Positions 22,477-33,536 of a DNA stretch of 37,697 bases are shown piece by piece. The notes under the pieces are model-generated. The model had not been told where the DNA came from. It searched no databases and worked only from the letters and a program-made list of their open reading frames with translations. A program made the position numbers and the translations under genes. Source of the stretch: Craspedostauros australis (lineage: Eukaryota); NCBI GenBank assembly GCA_030167865.1, contig JALAGF010002401.1, forward strand, positions 1 to 37,697. The letters run 5' to 3'. The first letter of the stretch is position 1, and the number at the start of each line of letters is the position of its first letter.

Positions 22477-23232
22477 TTACTTGGACGGCTTGTGAGCCCG
22501 CGCATGCGCAACCTTGAGATACTGCGCATGCAACAAATCCAAAAATCGTTCATCCTGAATCAACGACAGCAACGCCAGCTGCAACGACTTCTTATCCAAG
22601 GTGGGCCCAGTGCCGGAAGCCTGTCGCGTGGGTGACGACGCCGGCACTCCATTCAGGAGCGCCCCGTTGGTATTCGTTCCCAAAGCCTCCGGTGATAGCA
22701 ACGCCCCTAACGTCGCGGCTGCGACAGCAGCGTTGTCCGGACTGGCAGTTGCCGCGGTTGGCGCTGGTGCCGTTGGTTGCACCTGCTGGACAGGCTGGGC
22801 CGGCTGTTGGACTTGCTGCTGCTGTTGCGCCGCAGCTGGCGCTGATCGGAGCTGAGCGAGGACCTGATTGAGCATGTTGTTGACGGTTATCCGTTCCTGC
22901 GAGTTGGGAAACCATATGCCCCGGATGACGGTCTGACCACTCTCCTCCTGCTTGAAGATGAGGTACGGGTCCTTGTTCTGCAGTTGGAAGTCCCTGGACA
23001 CCGCCACCTGGTAGTTCTCCGGGGAGTTGCGGTTGAGGATGAGCAGCACGTAGCCAGCTTGGCGCACGGCGAGGAACAGGCTGCCCTCGACGTTGCTCTT
23101 CTGCCAGGATCCAGATGACTGCTGAAAGTTGTACAGCACGACGTGCGTTGCGCTGCCCAGAATGTCCGCGATGCCCTTGTCGCTGCGCTGCAGCAGCCGC
23201 AGGTTCGCCTGCTTCCTTGCCATTTCATTCAT
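22477..23232 (-). CDS. DCP1: mRNA decapping activator DCP1 (251 aa)
   Basis: EVH1 domain (NL..LQR.D..I..I...ATHVVLY.F....W.K..VEGSLF...ILNR...GIWF), a Q/P/A linker, and the C-terminal trimerisation helix (LQLALLSLIQDERFLDLLHAQY). Confidence 0.93.
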   Translation of the reverse strand: MNEMARKQANLRLLQRSDKGIADILGSATHVVLYNFQQSSGSWQKSNVEGSLFLAVRQAGYVLLILNRNSPENYQVAVSRDFQLQNKDPYLIFKQEESGQTVIRGIWFPNSQERITVNNMLNQVLAQLRSAPAAAQQQQQVQQPAQPVQQVQPTAPAPTAATASPDNAAVAAATLGALLSPEALGTNTNGALLNGVPASSPTRQASGTGPTLDKKSLQLALLSLIQDERFLDLLHAQYLKVAHARAHKPSK

Positions 23233-23250
23233 GGTGCTGATCGGGTCTTT

Positions 23251-23372
23251 GTCTAAGATTGGTCTAAGATTGGTCTCTGCTATTGCTGCTTTCGCTTGCT
23301 CCCTCTTGCGTCAATGACTCGGTGTGTGGATCGGCACTTTTGTGTGTGATGATCTTGTGATGATCTTGTGAT
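23251..23372. repeat. Short tandem duplications in the DCP1 leader: (gtctaagattg)2 and (tgtgatgatct)2
   Basis: Seen directly at ~23251-23276 and ~23345-23372. Confidence 0.7.
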
Positions 23373-24159
23373 ACTTGATGTGATGCTTGCAGTCAGAAAT
23401 CAAGGGCTATAACCGCGACGATGACCTTCTTCTGATGAATGGGTCGAAGCAGCGACGTTGCTTGATCCTCTCGTCTCCTTTCAAAGCGAACAAACCGCAG
23501 ACAACCGCAAGAGCACTCGTATGCCAACTCTGCCCACGAACAGTTTGTTGTGGAGGATGCCTGATTGCCAAAGAGAGGGGCACAAGATGTGGGTCTCCGC
23601 CGCAAGAACAGCGGTGAGCGGAACGTTCCCTCAACGTTCTGCTCCTTGCTGATTCGCCGCAGTCGTATCGACGCTCGTGACAACCATCGCGACTTCTTGG
23701 GCGCGATTTCGTCGACCGTAACAGTTTTTCGAAATTTGAATCCTCGGACATGCAGGCAGACCAGACCAGTCTGCCCAAAACCAAGGATGCCACGAGTAAA
23801 CGAGTTGAAGCTAGAGAGAGAACCATCGAAGAATCGACACAAGTGCAACAGGCTCAACAACAGTGATCCCATGTGCATGTCCTCTACTATTATAATATAC
23901 TACTCTATGTAAGTATACGTCTGAATAGGTTAATGATGTGTGCTTGTTTACGTTAATCACATCAATAGTCAACTCAACTCAACTCATTCCGATCCTGCAA
24001 CTCTGACATACGAATAGATCACACCTTCAGGTTCCATCGTCTTCTGTCCAGAGAGTCGCACCACTTGTCCAATGAGCGAAGCCTCCAACGTAGTCTCATT
24101 TCACATGCATGCTACCATTAATCCTTTCATGCTCAGAGCACTCTACGCGGAATCGCACT

Positions 24160-25929
24160 TCAATACGAAAACTGCCGCTTATCGTTGCGTTCTCGCTTGC
24201 CGTACGGATTGGAGGCGCTGAAGGCATGCCCGCCGGCCGACGATCGTTGCTGCATGTGGGCCTTCTGCTTGTTCTTCGTGTGGCGTTTGTTGCCGCGCAT
24301 GGAGAATGCCAGATCCACGCGCGGTGGAGCCGAGAATCCGAAGGCGCGACCGACGGCCTGCAGGTCCAGCTCGTGCACGTCGAAGATGTCGCGTTGCGAA
24401 TGGCTGGCGTAGGCCAGCAGGTAGCTGCGGTAGGCGTCCTTGGCGGATTTGTTGAGGTAGTAGTTCTTCTCGATGAGGGCCTGCAGCTGGGATTGGACGT
24501 TGGCGACCTTGGACGTGGGGAATTCGTATTCGTTCAGCGTCACGTTGGCGGCCTTCTGGAGGTACCGCAGGAATCCCGTTTCCTGCGGCGTGAGGAAGAG
24601 CAGGGCGCGGCCCGATCCCGTGGCGCCACGGGCCGTACGTCCCACGCGGTGAATGTACTCCTTGGGGTCATCCGGCGGGTCGAACTGGATAATCCAATCC
24701 ACCTCGGGAATGTCGAGTCCGCGGGCGGCGACATCCGTGCAGAGCAAGGTGGCGCTCTTGGCCTTTTGGAATTGGAAGAATGTGGTGGTGCGCTTGACTT
24801 GCTTCTGTCGTCCGTGGATGTCCATCACGGGGATGTCGATGTAGTTGAGCAGCTCGGAATGGAACTTGACGGAGTTGCAGGATGACAGGAATACCATGAC
24901 CTTTTTGTTCTTGTTCTTTTTGAGGAAAGTGAAGAGCAGCAGGAATCGTTTGTCCGACGGGCACGTGACGTAGCCTTGCTCCAGGTTCTCGGTGGTTGCC
25001 ACGCTGTTCTCCGATTCGACCTCGACATACATCGCCGTCGATGGGTTGATGGACAGCCGCGCCAGATCCTGAACCTGCTTGGTCTGGGTGGCAGAAAACA
25101 GCATGGTCTGTCGTTCCCTGGGCAGCAATTTGACGATGGCACGCAGATCCTCCTCGAAACCAATTTCGAGGATCCGATCGGCCTCGTCCATGCAGAACAT
25201 GAGGAGGTTGCGGAACACGAAACCAGAGGTGTTGCGGAGATGATCGAGCAGACGTCCCGGCGTCGCAATGACAATGTTGACGCCTTTCTTCAGCCGCTCG
25301 GCCTCCGTCTTGCGGTTGGCACCGCCCATGATGAGGCCGTATGTGAGCTTGGACGTATCGTTGAGCAACTCCTTGCACACACCGTAGGTTTGCATTGCCA
25401 ATTCGCGGGTGGGAGACATGATCATCGCGCCAGTTCCGTTCCTCGTTTGGAACCGTGCCTTGCGCAACAGTTCGATGATGGGAACAACGAAGGCCAGGGT
25501 CTTTCCGGAGCCCGTCTGAGCGGCGCCGATGAGGTCCTTGCCGCTCAGCAACGGCGGAATCGAACGCGCCTGGATTTTGGTCATGGTCGTGTATCCCATC
25601 CTGTCCAACGCCTCCTGCGTTGCCTCCGACAGAGGCAGGGAGTCGAACTTTTCATCGGCAAAGAATCCCTTCTTGGTGGTGTCCTTCGCGTTGCCGCTGC
25701 TGCCCTGCCCATCCTTTCCGGCATCGCCATCATCGTTGTCATTGCCAATCTCATTGTCATTGTCAGCAGCCTTTGCTTTCTTGTCCGTCTTTTTCTTCTT
25801 CTTCTTTGATTTCTCTGGTGACTTCACGGCAACCTCAACGGCGGCGTCATCGTCTTCGTCAGCTTCTGCAGCTTCTTCAGCCTTGAGCTTGCGCTTGCGC
25901 TGCTTCTGTTCCTTGCTCTTCTTCGCCAT
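24160..25929 (-). CDS. HAS1: DEAD-box RNA helicase HAS1/DDX18 (589 aa)
   Basis: [43 protein letters not shown], plus HAS1-typical [15 protein letters not shown] and [22 protein letters not shown]; Lys-rich N-terminus from ATG 25929. Confidence 0.95.
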   Translation of the reverse strand: MAKKSKEQKQRKRKLKAEEAAEADEDDDAAVEVAVKSPEKSKKKKKKTDKKAKAADNDNEIGNDNDDGDAGKDGQGSSGNAKDTTKKGFFADEKFDSLPLSEATQEALDRMGYTTMTKIQARSIPPLLSGKDLIGAAQTGSGKTLAFVVPIIELLRKARFQTRNGTGAMIMSPTRELAMQTYGVCKELLNDTSKLTYGLIMGGANRKTEAERLKKGVNIVIATPGRLLDHLRNTSGFVFRNLLMFCMDEADRILEIGFEEDLRAIVKLLPRERQTMLFSATQTKQVQDLARLSINPSTAMYVEVESENSVATTENLEQGYVTCPSDKRFLLLFTFLKKNKNKKVMVFLSSCNSVKFHSELLNYIDIPVMDIHGRQKQVKRTTTFFQFQKAKSATLLCTDVAARGLDIPEVDWIIQFDPPDDPKEYIHRVGRTARGATGSGRALLFLTPQETGFLRYLQKAANVTLNEYEFPTSKVANVQSQLQALIEKNYYLNKSAKDAYRSYLLAYASHSQRDIFDVHELDLQAVGRAFGFSAPPRVDLAFSMRGNKRHTKNKQKAHMQQRSSAGGHAFSASNPYGKRERNDKRQFSY

Positions 25930-26222
25930 GATGGATCGCTGCACTTGGGACCACCTTCGTTTTATTACTGCAACCTTGCCGTCAATGTTTCGGAGCTGTC
26001 TCTGGGAACGGCTTGGCGGAGGTTGCTTCCTTCCAATCAATCAGGCATGGACTAATCCTCATCCACGTGCATCATCGCCAACCAACTGATGAAGAACATC
26101 GCGAAGAAGCCGAGCAGAAAGAAATACCAAAACTTGGAGCACAAACACGCTGTTGGTTGTGACAAGACCTTGGCGTCTGTCATTCTATCCGTTCGGTAGG
26201 ATCGACCACCTCGACCAATCTG

Positions 26223-26240
26223 AAAATTGGCGCCAATTTT
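26223..26240. promoter_or_regulatory. Perfect 18-bp palindrome AAAATTGGCGCCAATTTT ~294 bp upstream of HAS1
   Basis: The palindrome is seen directly. A regulatory role is inferred only from position and from similarity to E2F (TTGGCGC) and RRPE (TGAAAAWTTT) motifs. Confidence 0.5.
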
Positions 26241-27152
26241 TATCTTGCTTCAAATGTAGACATCTTGATCACACATGCTGGTGGTTTGGAGCAGCACCGA
26301 GGATGAATGGGGATGGGGTATAGTTGCATATTCGGAGTATGAGATGATTCAAAGCAGAGGGCAGTCCCTGCGAAGCTGTATCATTGTAAGTTGCTTTGCA
26401 CTTTGGAACGCGCCGTCCGTTGAGAGCCTTACTGAGTATGAAACAATGGTGTTATAGAATACAATAGGCCCCTGATGTTATGTTGACTCGATGCATCGTA
26501 AGAGCAGTTCTCTGTCATCGTCGTAGTCATCACACACGCAGCTCCTATTATACGGACGCAACAGCCATGTGGCAAGTTGTGATTGCATTGTTCATGCAAC
26601 GTCGGTGTGACGCCACGAGAGGGTGCACGAAAGGGAACGGAAAACTCTTGTGGCCTGTTTTGGCGAACAACCACCAAAATCATTCCGAGAGGTGAGGTTT
26701 GGCGTCAACAAAAAGAACAAAACGATGCGTGTACGAGCAGGTACAAACAATGCTCTGCTCGCATTGTCTGACATCACCGCGTTTCCTTTGTCGTATCTCT
26801 CCCTCTTTCCTTCTGAGGACATTCCTCCCAACGCGAGCTTCTCAAGCAACTTGGCATCCACCCAAAGGCAGACGAGAGCATCAAGGCAGCGCACACTGCA
26901 ACATCAGCGCATACAAGTGCAAACTTGTGAATGCTATTATTGCAGCTCCATCGGATTATTGGTAGAGACGTCAAGGACGTCAAGGACGAGAAGTAGCAGA
27001 ACGTAACACAACACAACAACAAAACGAAACGGAAGACATAGGAAGAGCAAGAGAGGAACAGCGAGAAATCAACGGAAGGAGAGCGCACAGAAGGACCAGG
27101 AGGGGTTCTCGGGGAGAGTCAAACGACAGCGCAGGGCGGGGGAGCACACGAG

Positions 27153-28637
27153 ATGGAACCAAACGGCCAGCTTCACCAACCTCGTTGGATGGTCGACGCG
27201 GAGAGTGATGACGAAAGCAGCGACAGCTACAACCGATCGACACAGCAGCAGCAGCAGATGACCAGCGCGCAAGGATACAACCGTGCGAATAGAAGCATGT
27301 GTCCGGCACCTTATGCGTACGGGTGCATAGATGCAGAATCGTCACCTTCGTCCTCCCACCTCCCTCCGCTGCATCCTTCTCACCCTGCCGAGAATGGGAA
27401 CCAAGTCCGGATGATGAACATCACGCGACAGGAGTGGAAGGAGCTCATCAATCGAGGTTACACCTGGAACGACCTCGAGACCTTCATCTGCCGGTGGAAG
27501 CTCGTGTACTTTGGCGAGCACGTGCGAGCGACGGAACGCGGCTTCCGTAATGCCAGCTGGGACCCCTTCGTCACGACGGCCTGCATCGAGCTGCAGGTCC
27601 GATCGGATCTCGCGCGTGGCAGAGAGCAGATGTCGGATGATGTCGATCAGACCATCAAAGCCTTCATGAAGTTGCTGGGCGGGTACCCCAAGTACACCAG
27701 ATCGTACGTCAGAGAGTCCCTGGTCTTGTTCCGATTCCTGGCAGACGAGGAGATCCTCAGCGATTCGCTCTACGTCCAGAGCGTGCACAATATCGATCGG
27801 GAGATGAGTATCCGCATTGCGTACTCCGCGAAGTCTATCGGCTTCGGCGATTGCACCTTCTTGGATGATGGCGAGTGTCTCTGCCATGGGCTGGTGCATC
27901 CGGAATCGTTCGTCCGCACTCTCGATTTAGGGAGGCGGACGAACATCGCGGATGTGTACATCAACCGGATCCTTCGAATGTCCAACCTCAATTGTTTCGG
28001 CGTCCCCCTCATCCCACCCCAGACCGAATGGATAGAGAGCATCTGTTGCAACAAGAGCATTGAATGCATTTCCGTGCAACAGGGCATGTCCATGGCCCCG
28101 CAATCAACGTCCGTGCCACATAGTGAAGAGCAGCAGCAGGATCGGCAGCATGGCATGGCATCATCTGCATCCAAAGACCAATCAAAGCCAAAGTCGAAAT
28201 CGAAATCGAAAGCAAATTCACTGTCGCAACCGCGGCCGCCATGTTACGAACATGACATACAATGGATACTGCGCTTAATGGGAACAGATCACATTCGGAA
28301 CATTGGATTTTATGGCTGGCATATGCAGGCGACGTTACCGCCTGAAGAAGCCATCAAACGGATGTACAACAAGATGCAATCCAACCGCACCATGCAACGC
28401 TTCTACGTCGACCAGCTCGCCGACCATTTGCTTTGGAAGACGACCATCGAACCGGCTCTGGACAAGAACCGGATCCGGTCGCGCCAATCCGACGCCGTCG
28501 AACGATCCCACGACGACTTTTCGGCCAGATGCGTCGAGATTTTGAATCAGCATCAATTCTTGTGTGACGATCCCGACTACGTGTTCCAGATCCTGCGTCA
28601 TGCGCATCTGCACAACACGCAAGGTGGAGACTGGTGA
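27153..28637 (+). CDS. Hypothetical protein (494 aa), possibly divergent RNI-like/LRR
   Basis: Long ORF with coding-like GC3 in the core and a purine/CA-rich leader. LRR-like segments (VRTLDLG, NKSIECISV, NRTMQRFYV). No family recognised with certainty. Confidence 0.65.
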   Translation: MEPNGQLHQPRWMVDAESDDESSDSYNRSTQQQQQMTSAQGYNRANRSMCPAPYAYGCIDAESSPSSSHLPPLHPSHPAENGNQVRMMNITRQEWKELINRGYTWNDLETFICRWKLVYFGEHVRATERGFRNASWDPFVTTACIELQVRSDLARGREQMSDDVDQTIKAFMKLLGGYPKYTRSYVRESLVLFRFLADEEILSDSLYVQSVHNIDREMSIRIAYSAKSIGFGDCTFLDDGECLCHGLVHPESFVRTLDLGRRTNIADVYINRILRMSNLNCFGVPLIPPQTEWIESICCNKSIECISVQQGMSMAPQSTSVPHSEEQQQDRQHGMASSASKDQSKPKSKSKSKANSLSQPRPPCYEHDIQWILRLMGTDHIRNIGFYGWHMQATLPPEEAIKRMYNKMQSNRTMQRFYVDQLADHLLWKTTIEPALDKNRIRSRQSDAVERSHDDFSARCVEILNQHQFLCDDPDYVFQILRHAHLHNTQGGDW

Positions 28638-29407
28638 GACACGCTGGTGACGTTTGGAATGAACCAGCATAACGTTTGATATGCGTCTGCAGAAGCAAGA
28701 CGCTGCGGCGACCATCTCGTTCTGTGATCGCGAGGCATGTTCATTGGTGCAATGCGAGAGGGTCTTGTAATTCAAAACCAAGTGAATCATCGCGCAGACA
28801 CATCAACCGTCCAGCATGCACGTATGGGACCATACTCGAGCAGCAACCCTCTACGGCACAGAGCTCGAAGGATAACACAGTAAGACCGGTTGAGCGTGGC
28901 GCCATATGTATGTACACTGTATTCCTTGACAGTAACCATGATTGGTGAGAAGGAGCCAGCATCTTTCTCCAGAGTGTTCAGACGAACTACTCTCTCTCCC
29001 TCTCATCGTAGAGTGGAGAATTGCCGTTGGTTTGGCGAAAAAGTTAGACTGATTTATCGGAGCTAGAGACAACATTATTGTTTTGAAAGTCGCGGTAGAT
29101 GATATATTGACATGATTAACATAGATTGATGTAGTCGTGTATTTCCAATAGCCTGCTGAGTCTTATTCATCATAACAATTGATTGACATGTTTCGACTCA
29201 TTCAAACAAGAACACTCTTCGTCGTCACGAGGTCGTGTACGAATGTGATTGAGACCTCGCGATCCCGAATGGATGATACGTCGCATGTGGGTTTCGTGAT
29301 TGCTTCGTTGTTTCCAAAGAACATGATCGATGCGGTGACGGTATCTTGGGAACAGTCACCAACCGCGACCTTCTGTCACCACAACATGGAGACAACACAA
29401 CAGAGCG

Positions 29408-29974
29408 ATGATGGCGATGGGACAGCAAGCGATGGCATCACACATTGGGACGTATCGTTCAGCAGCATCGCGAAGAGACGATCTGAAGCAACACAGGAGG
29501 AATCGCCTTGTCTTCTGTATAATTCCATTCGCAACCCTCTTCTTCGCATACTCCTTCCTCAACCCATCACCGACATTCCTATCCTCATCCGCGACTACGT
29601 ACAGGAAGAGCAACATCATGTCCGCAGACGTTGGGTCGACCGCGCCATTCTCGTTGATGGTAACGCTGCAGTTCACCGAGGCGCAGTACAAGGATCAGTT
29701 CCTGCTGGACATCGCCCCGTTGGCAAAGTTCGTGAAAGAGAAGGAGCCGGACACGACAGCGTACGAAGTGCTTCTGTCGGACAAAGACCCGCTGCACGTG
29801 CTCATCATGGAGCGCTACAAGGACAAGGAAAATGCGTTCGAGAAGGTGCACCGCAGTTCGGCGGCGTACTTGGAGTTCCGTCCCAAACTGGGAGCTATGA
29901 TCGATGGTGGGTTCGTCAAGATGGATGGCCATTCATACGTCGATTCGATGGTCGGGTTTGGTGATCGATTGTGA
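29408..29974 (+). CDS. ABM (antibiotic biosynthesis monooxygenase; YgiN/LsrG-like) domain protein with an N-terminal hydrophobic segment; start may be 29432
   Basis: KEPDTTAYEV...DPLHVLIMERYKD..AF..VHRSS fits the ABM dimeric alpha+beta barrel pattern; hydrophobic LVFCIIPFATLFFAYSFL lies upstream. Confidence 0.82.
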   Translation: MMAMGQQAMASHIGTYRSAASRRDDLKQHRRNRLVFCIIPFATLFFAYSFLNPSPTFLSSSATTYRKSNIMSADVGSTAPFSLMVTLQFTEAQYKDQFLLDIAPLAKFVKEKEPDTTAYEVLLSDKDPLHVLIMERYKDKENAFEKVHRSSAAYLEFRPKLGAMIDGGFVKMDGHSYVDSMVGFGDRL

Positions 29975-30798
29975 GATGGCGAGACATGAAGTCGCAAGGT
30001 GGCTATATAGTGGCATGCGGCAAACGGTTCATGCATCGTCAGCTGCTAGATTTGGCTGAATGATGGGTAGAGAATTGCAGTCAGGCACCTGATTTGGGGT
30101 TTCACACTGGCTCGTACACAAGCTGACAGTTCAGAGCGACACTCTCAGATAATACTTCGGCACATCAACGAGTATGCCTCGACCTGCCATGGACGGATGT
30201 TGCCCAGCCGCGGATATTCTTCGCATACAGGAATTGGCGAGGTCCCCATGATGGCCATTGGCTGGACGTAGACCAATCACTCCGCACAGTGACACCATTG
30301 CAGATTAGCTCGAACGGAGTAGTCACAACAAACCAAGATCTTGACGTGCATGTGCGTACAGGAGAATGGATTGCTGTTCGTGTGGTCCATGGTATGTGAT
30401 GGAGTGGAGCAGACGACAATCGCGTTTGAGCGTAATAGTGGAAGATTGGTTGTTGTAGGCACCCTCCCAGCCATGCGTCCTGCAGTATGGTACTCCAGAT
30501 ACCATTCTCCCAAGGTTGCCACAAGGATTTCTGGTCCTCGTTCGATCTGTTGGATTGGATGCTCATGAAACAGTGACGTTTTTTTTTTTTGGCAGAAGAA
30601 TGCCAACACCTCACCAGGAACACGATGTCCGCAACACCACCAACACACAACACACAACACACAACAAACAACGATCAACAGGATCTTCCTTTGATGAACC
30701 ACCGCTTGCACTCACAAACGCAGAGCATTGTTACCAGAGTACTCTACAACCACTCAGAGCACAACTACTGGCAGTAGACTTACGAGTACGCGGACAAC

Positions 30799-33320
30799 AT
30801 GAAGATCCATGGCTCCATCATCGTCGCCGCAGGTCTGGCAACGGCCTGCTCGGCCTTCACGCCAACCACGCTGCAGCGTCAGCACGGCGCATCATCCACC
30901 GTCTCGTGTCTCTTCATGGCCGATTCTGCAACGGCCAACACGAAGCCGGAAACTCCCGCGGAGACCGACGTCATCGTCATTGGCAGCGGGTTGGCGGGCC
31001 TGAGCTGCGCAGCTTTGTTGTCGCATTGCGGAAAGGACACGGTGGTGCTGGAAAGCCATGACACTCCGGGTGGCGCCGCGCATTCCTGGACGCGCCGTGG
31101 TTTCCATTTCGAATCCGGGCCCTCCCTCTATTCTGGATTCAGCATGGATCGATCTCCGAATCCCCTCAAGAACATTTTCCAAATCATCGGCGAAGATTGC
31201 GATTGGATCACGTACGATCGATGGGGGACGGTGCTGCCGAACGGCAAGAAGTTCGCGGCCAAGATCGGACCGGAGGAGTTTGGCGACGTCCTCAAGGAGC
31301 ATGGAGGGCCGCATGCCGAGGAAGAATTCGCTGCCCTCATGAAGCGCATGGAGCCATTGTCCAATGCCGCGCAGGCATTGACCAGCTTGGCCTTGCGTGA
31401 AGATCCCGGTGTCATCGTCACGCTCCTTCGCTACCCTCGCGAGCTCTTCGCAACGTTGCGGCAGGGGCAGGCCCTCAACGATCCCTTCAGCGGGGTCATG
31501 AAGGAGATGCAGATCAAGGACGAATTCGTCAAGAATTGGTTGGACATGCTCTGCTTCCTCCTTCAGGGTCTGCCAGCTGCAGGCACCATGAACGCCGTCA
31601 TGGCATACATGCTTGCTGGTACGTGCTTGCACTTGCTGTACTGCTTGGAGACTACTTGGGGATTGTCGCAAAGATCGACATTCATATCTTTTGCGGATGT
31701 GATGCTGCTCCAACTCCCCTCTGCTCACAGAGTGGTGTTGTACTCCATTCGTATTTGATGCACCGTGCACCGCGTGCGATTCCGTTGCGCTGGGATGGCA
31801 CTGCGGACTGCTCGTACCAAACTAACATGAGCTCGTGGACTATCGATCCTCGTTGACAGACAAGATCAGGCCCCTCTATCAGCTCGCCGCATGTGAATGC
31901 TCTTGTTGCTTTCGAAGTCTCGCGCTCACACCGTTTTTGCCAATCATCACATCGATACTCATACTCTGCACCCTTCCATTATTTCATTGTTTCGCTTGTC
32001 TATCCACCGCCGAACATGCACGCACGCACGCATGGAATGCTAGATTGGTACCGACCAGGTGTGACGTTGGACTTCCCCCGCGGTGGCAGTGGCGCCATCG
32101 TGGACGCGCTGGTGCGAGGTGTCGAGAAGAACACAGGCAAGCTCTTTGTCAATTCTCACGTGGAGGAGATCATCGTAGAAGACAACAAGGCCGTCGGTGT
32201 CAAGCTGGCATCCGGCAAGGTCATCCGGGCCAAGCAAGCGGTCGTGTCCAACGCAGATCCTTACATCACCAACAAGTTGCTCGGTAATGCCAGAGAGCAG
32301 GGCAGCATGTCGTCTGAGGCGATCGAGTACATGGATTCCCTCATCAACACGGAGGAGGATGAAGGCGGCGTGCCGGACCTGAAGTCCTTCATCCACATTC
32401 ATGCTGGCATCGACGCGTCGGGTCTGCCCGAGGAGGCAAGTGCCGATTTCCCAGCCCAATGGGCCGTTGTGCGAGACTGGGATGGGCCGGAGGGTGTGGA
32501 AGATCCAAGGAACATCGTTCTGTGTTCCATGCCATCGCTCATCGATCCAGCGCTCGCGCCGGAAGGCAAGCACGTGGTGCATGCTTACGTGCCTGCCACC
32601 GAGCCATACGAATGGTGGAAGGGAATGGACCGCAACTCCGACGAGTACAAGGCAAAGAAGGACGAAGCCGCGGACTTTTTGTGGAGCGCGATCGAGGAAT
32701 ACGTCCCCGACGCAAGATCTCGTGCGGTACCAGGCACCGTGCAGATTGGAACACCACTGACGCACGAGCGATTCTTGAGGCGGACGAGAGGAGCGTATGG
32801 GTACGTTTTTGTGCGCTGCATTTGTTGATTGCTTCAGTATTCACTGCCGGCGTCGTCGTTGTTGCATGTTGGTGTTGATATCGTTGTTATCATTGTTATC
32901 GTTGGGAGCATTTGTGCCTGGTCAACATTGGTTGTGGTCGGCATCCAGCCTATGAGTACATCAACGATTCGCACATGTGAACATGTCGTCACCATACTAT
33001 ACTCACGCCATCATTTTTCCATTGCCTTCTCGAACTTTCCTTTGTTGCCAATCGTGGAATGGTCAATCGCAATCTCATAACTCGCACACACCATCCCACG
33101 TCCACGTCCACCATTCTGCAGACCACGTGTCGAGGCAGGCAAGCATACATTGCCTGGTCATAAGACACCATTGGAAGGTCTGTTGCTAACAGGAGACTTC
33201 ACGTTCCCTGGCATTGGAGTCCCAGCCACAGCAGCATCCGGAGCGGTGACAGCCAACACTCTGGTGTCTGTCGGTGATCACAACCGCATGCTCGACAAGA
33301 TCCGATTGCCAATAAAGTAA
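30799..33320 (+). CDS. CRTISO-like FAD-dependent oxidoreductase (CrtI/carotenoid isomerase family), plastid-targeted, 3 exons, 591 aa
   Basis: Signal peptide ending ACSA|FTP; VIGSGLAGL...LESH..PGGAAH...FESGPSL; DWY...P.GGSG; GTPLTHERFL...G.YG; GDFTFPGIGVPA. Exons 30799-31618, 32044-32800, 33122-33320 (GTACGT donors, TAG and CAG acceptors; 1776 nt, in frame). Confidence 0.92.
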
Positions 33321-33536
33321 ATGAACGACAGAGGGCCAATCTCAATATTCTCACCGTCACCATTTCCCAATCCGTCCAATGACACCGCGCAGTCCAATCT
33401 TCTTGACCCATGTCGGACTTTCGTGTTGGGTGCCACTTGTACTTCTGCTCTGTAAAATCTGTCCGTATTTATCTCTTGCCTAAATGTGTCCATGCATGCT
33501 TTATTTTTGCTGTTGCCCTGCTGTCGTTCGCTCGCT

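Noticed and set aside
23346-23435. GTGATGA...CTGA spacing resembling a C/D box snoRNA
   Set aside because: No terminal stem and no recognisable rRNA-complementary guide; the boxes derive from a tandem duplication in the CA-rich DCP1 leader.
23387-23912. Overlapping short ORFs between DCP1 and HAS1 that may be decayed coding sequence
   Set aside because: Stops in all plausible frames and no recognisable motif.
26612-26654. Hairpin gccacgagag...ctcttgtggc preceded by GTGA (SECIS-like start)
   Set aside because: Lacks the 3' GA of the core and a correctly spaced AA, and no upstream same-strand TGA-containing gene was found.
30165-30711. Minus-strand ORFs between the ABM and CRTISO-like genes
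   Set aside because: They start in the antisense of a CA-rich leader and poly-T run and have no recognisable homology.
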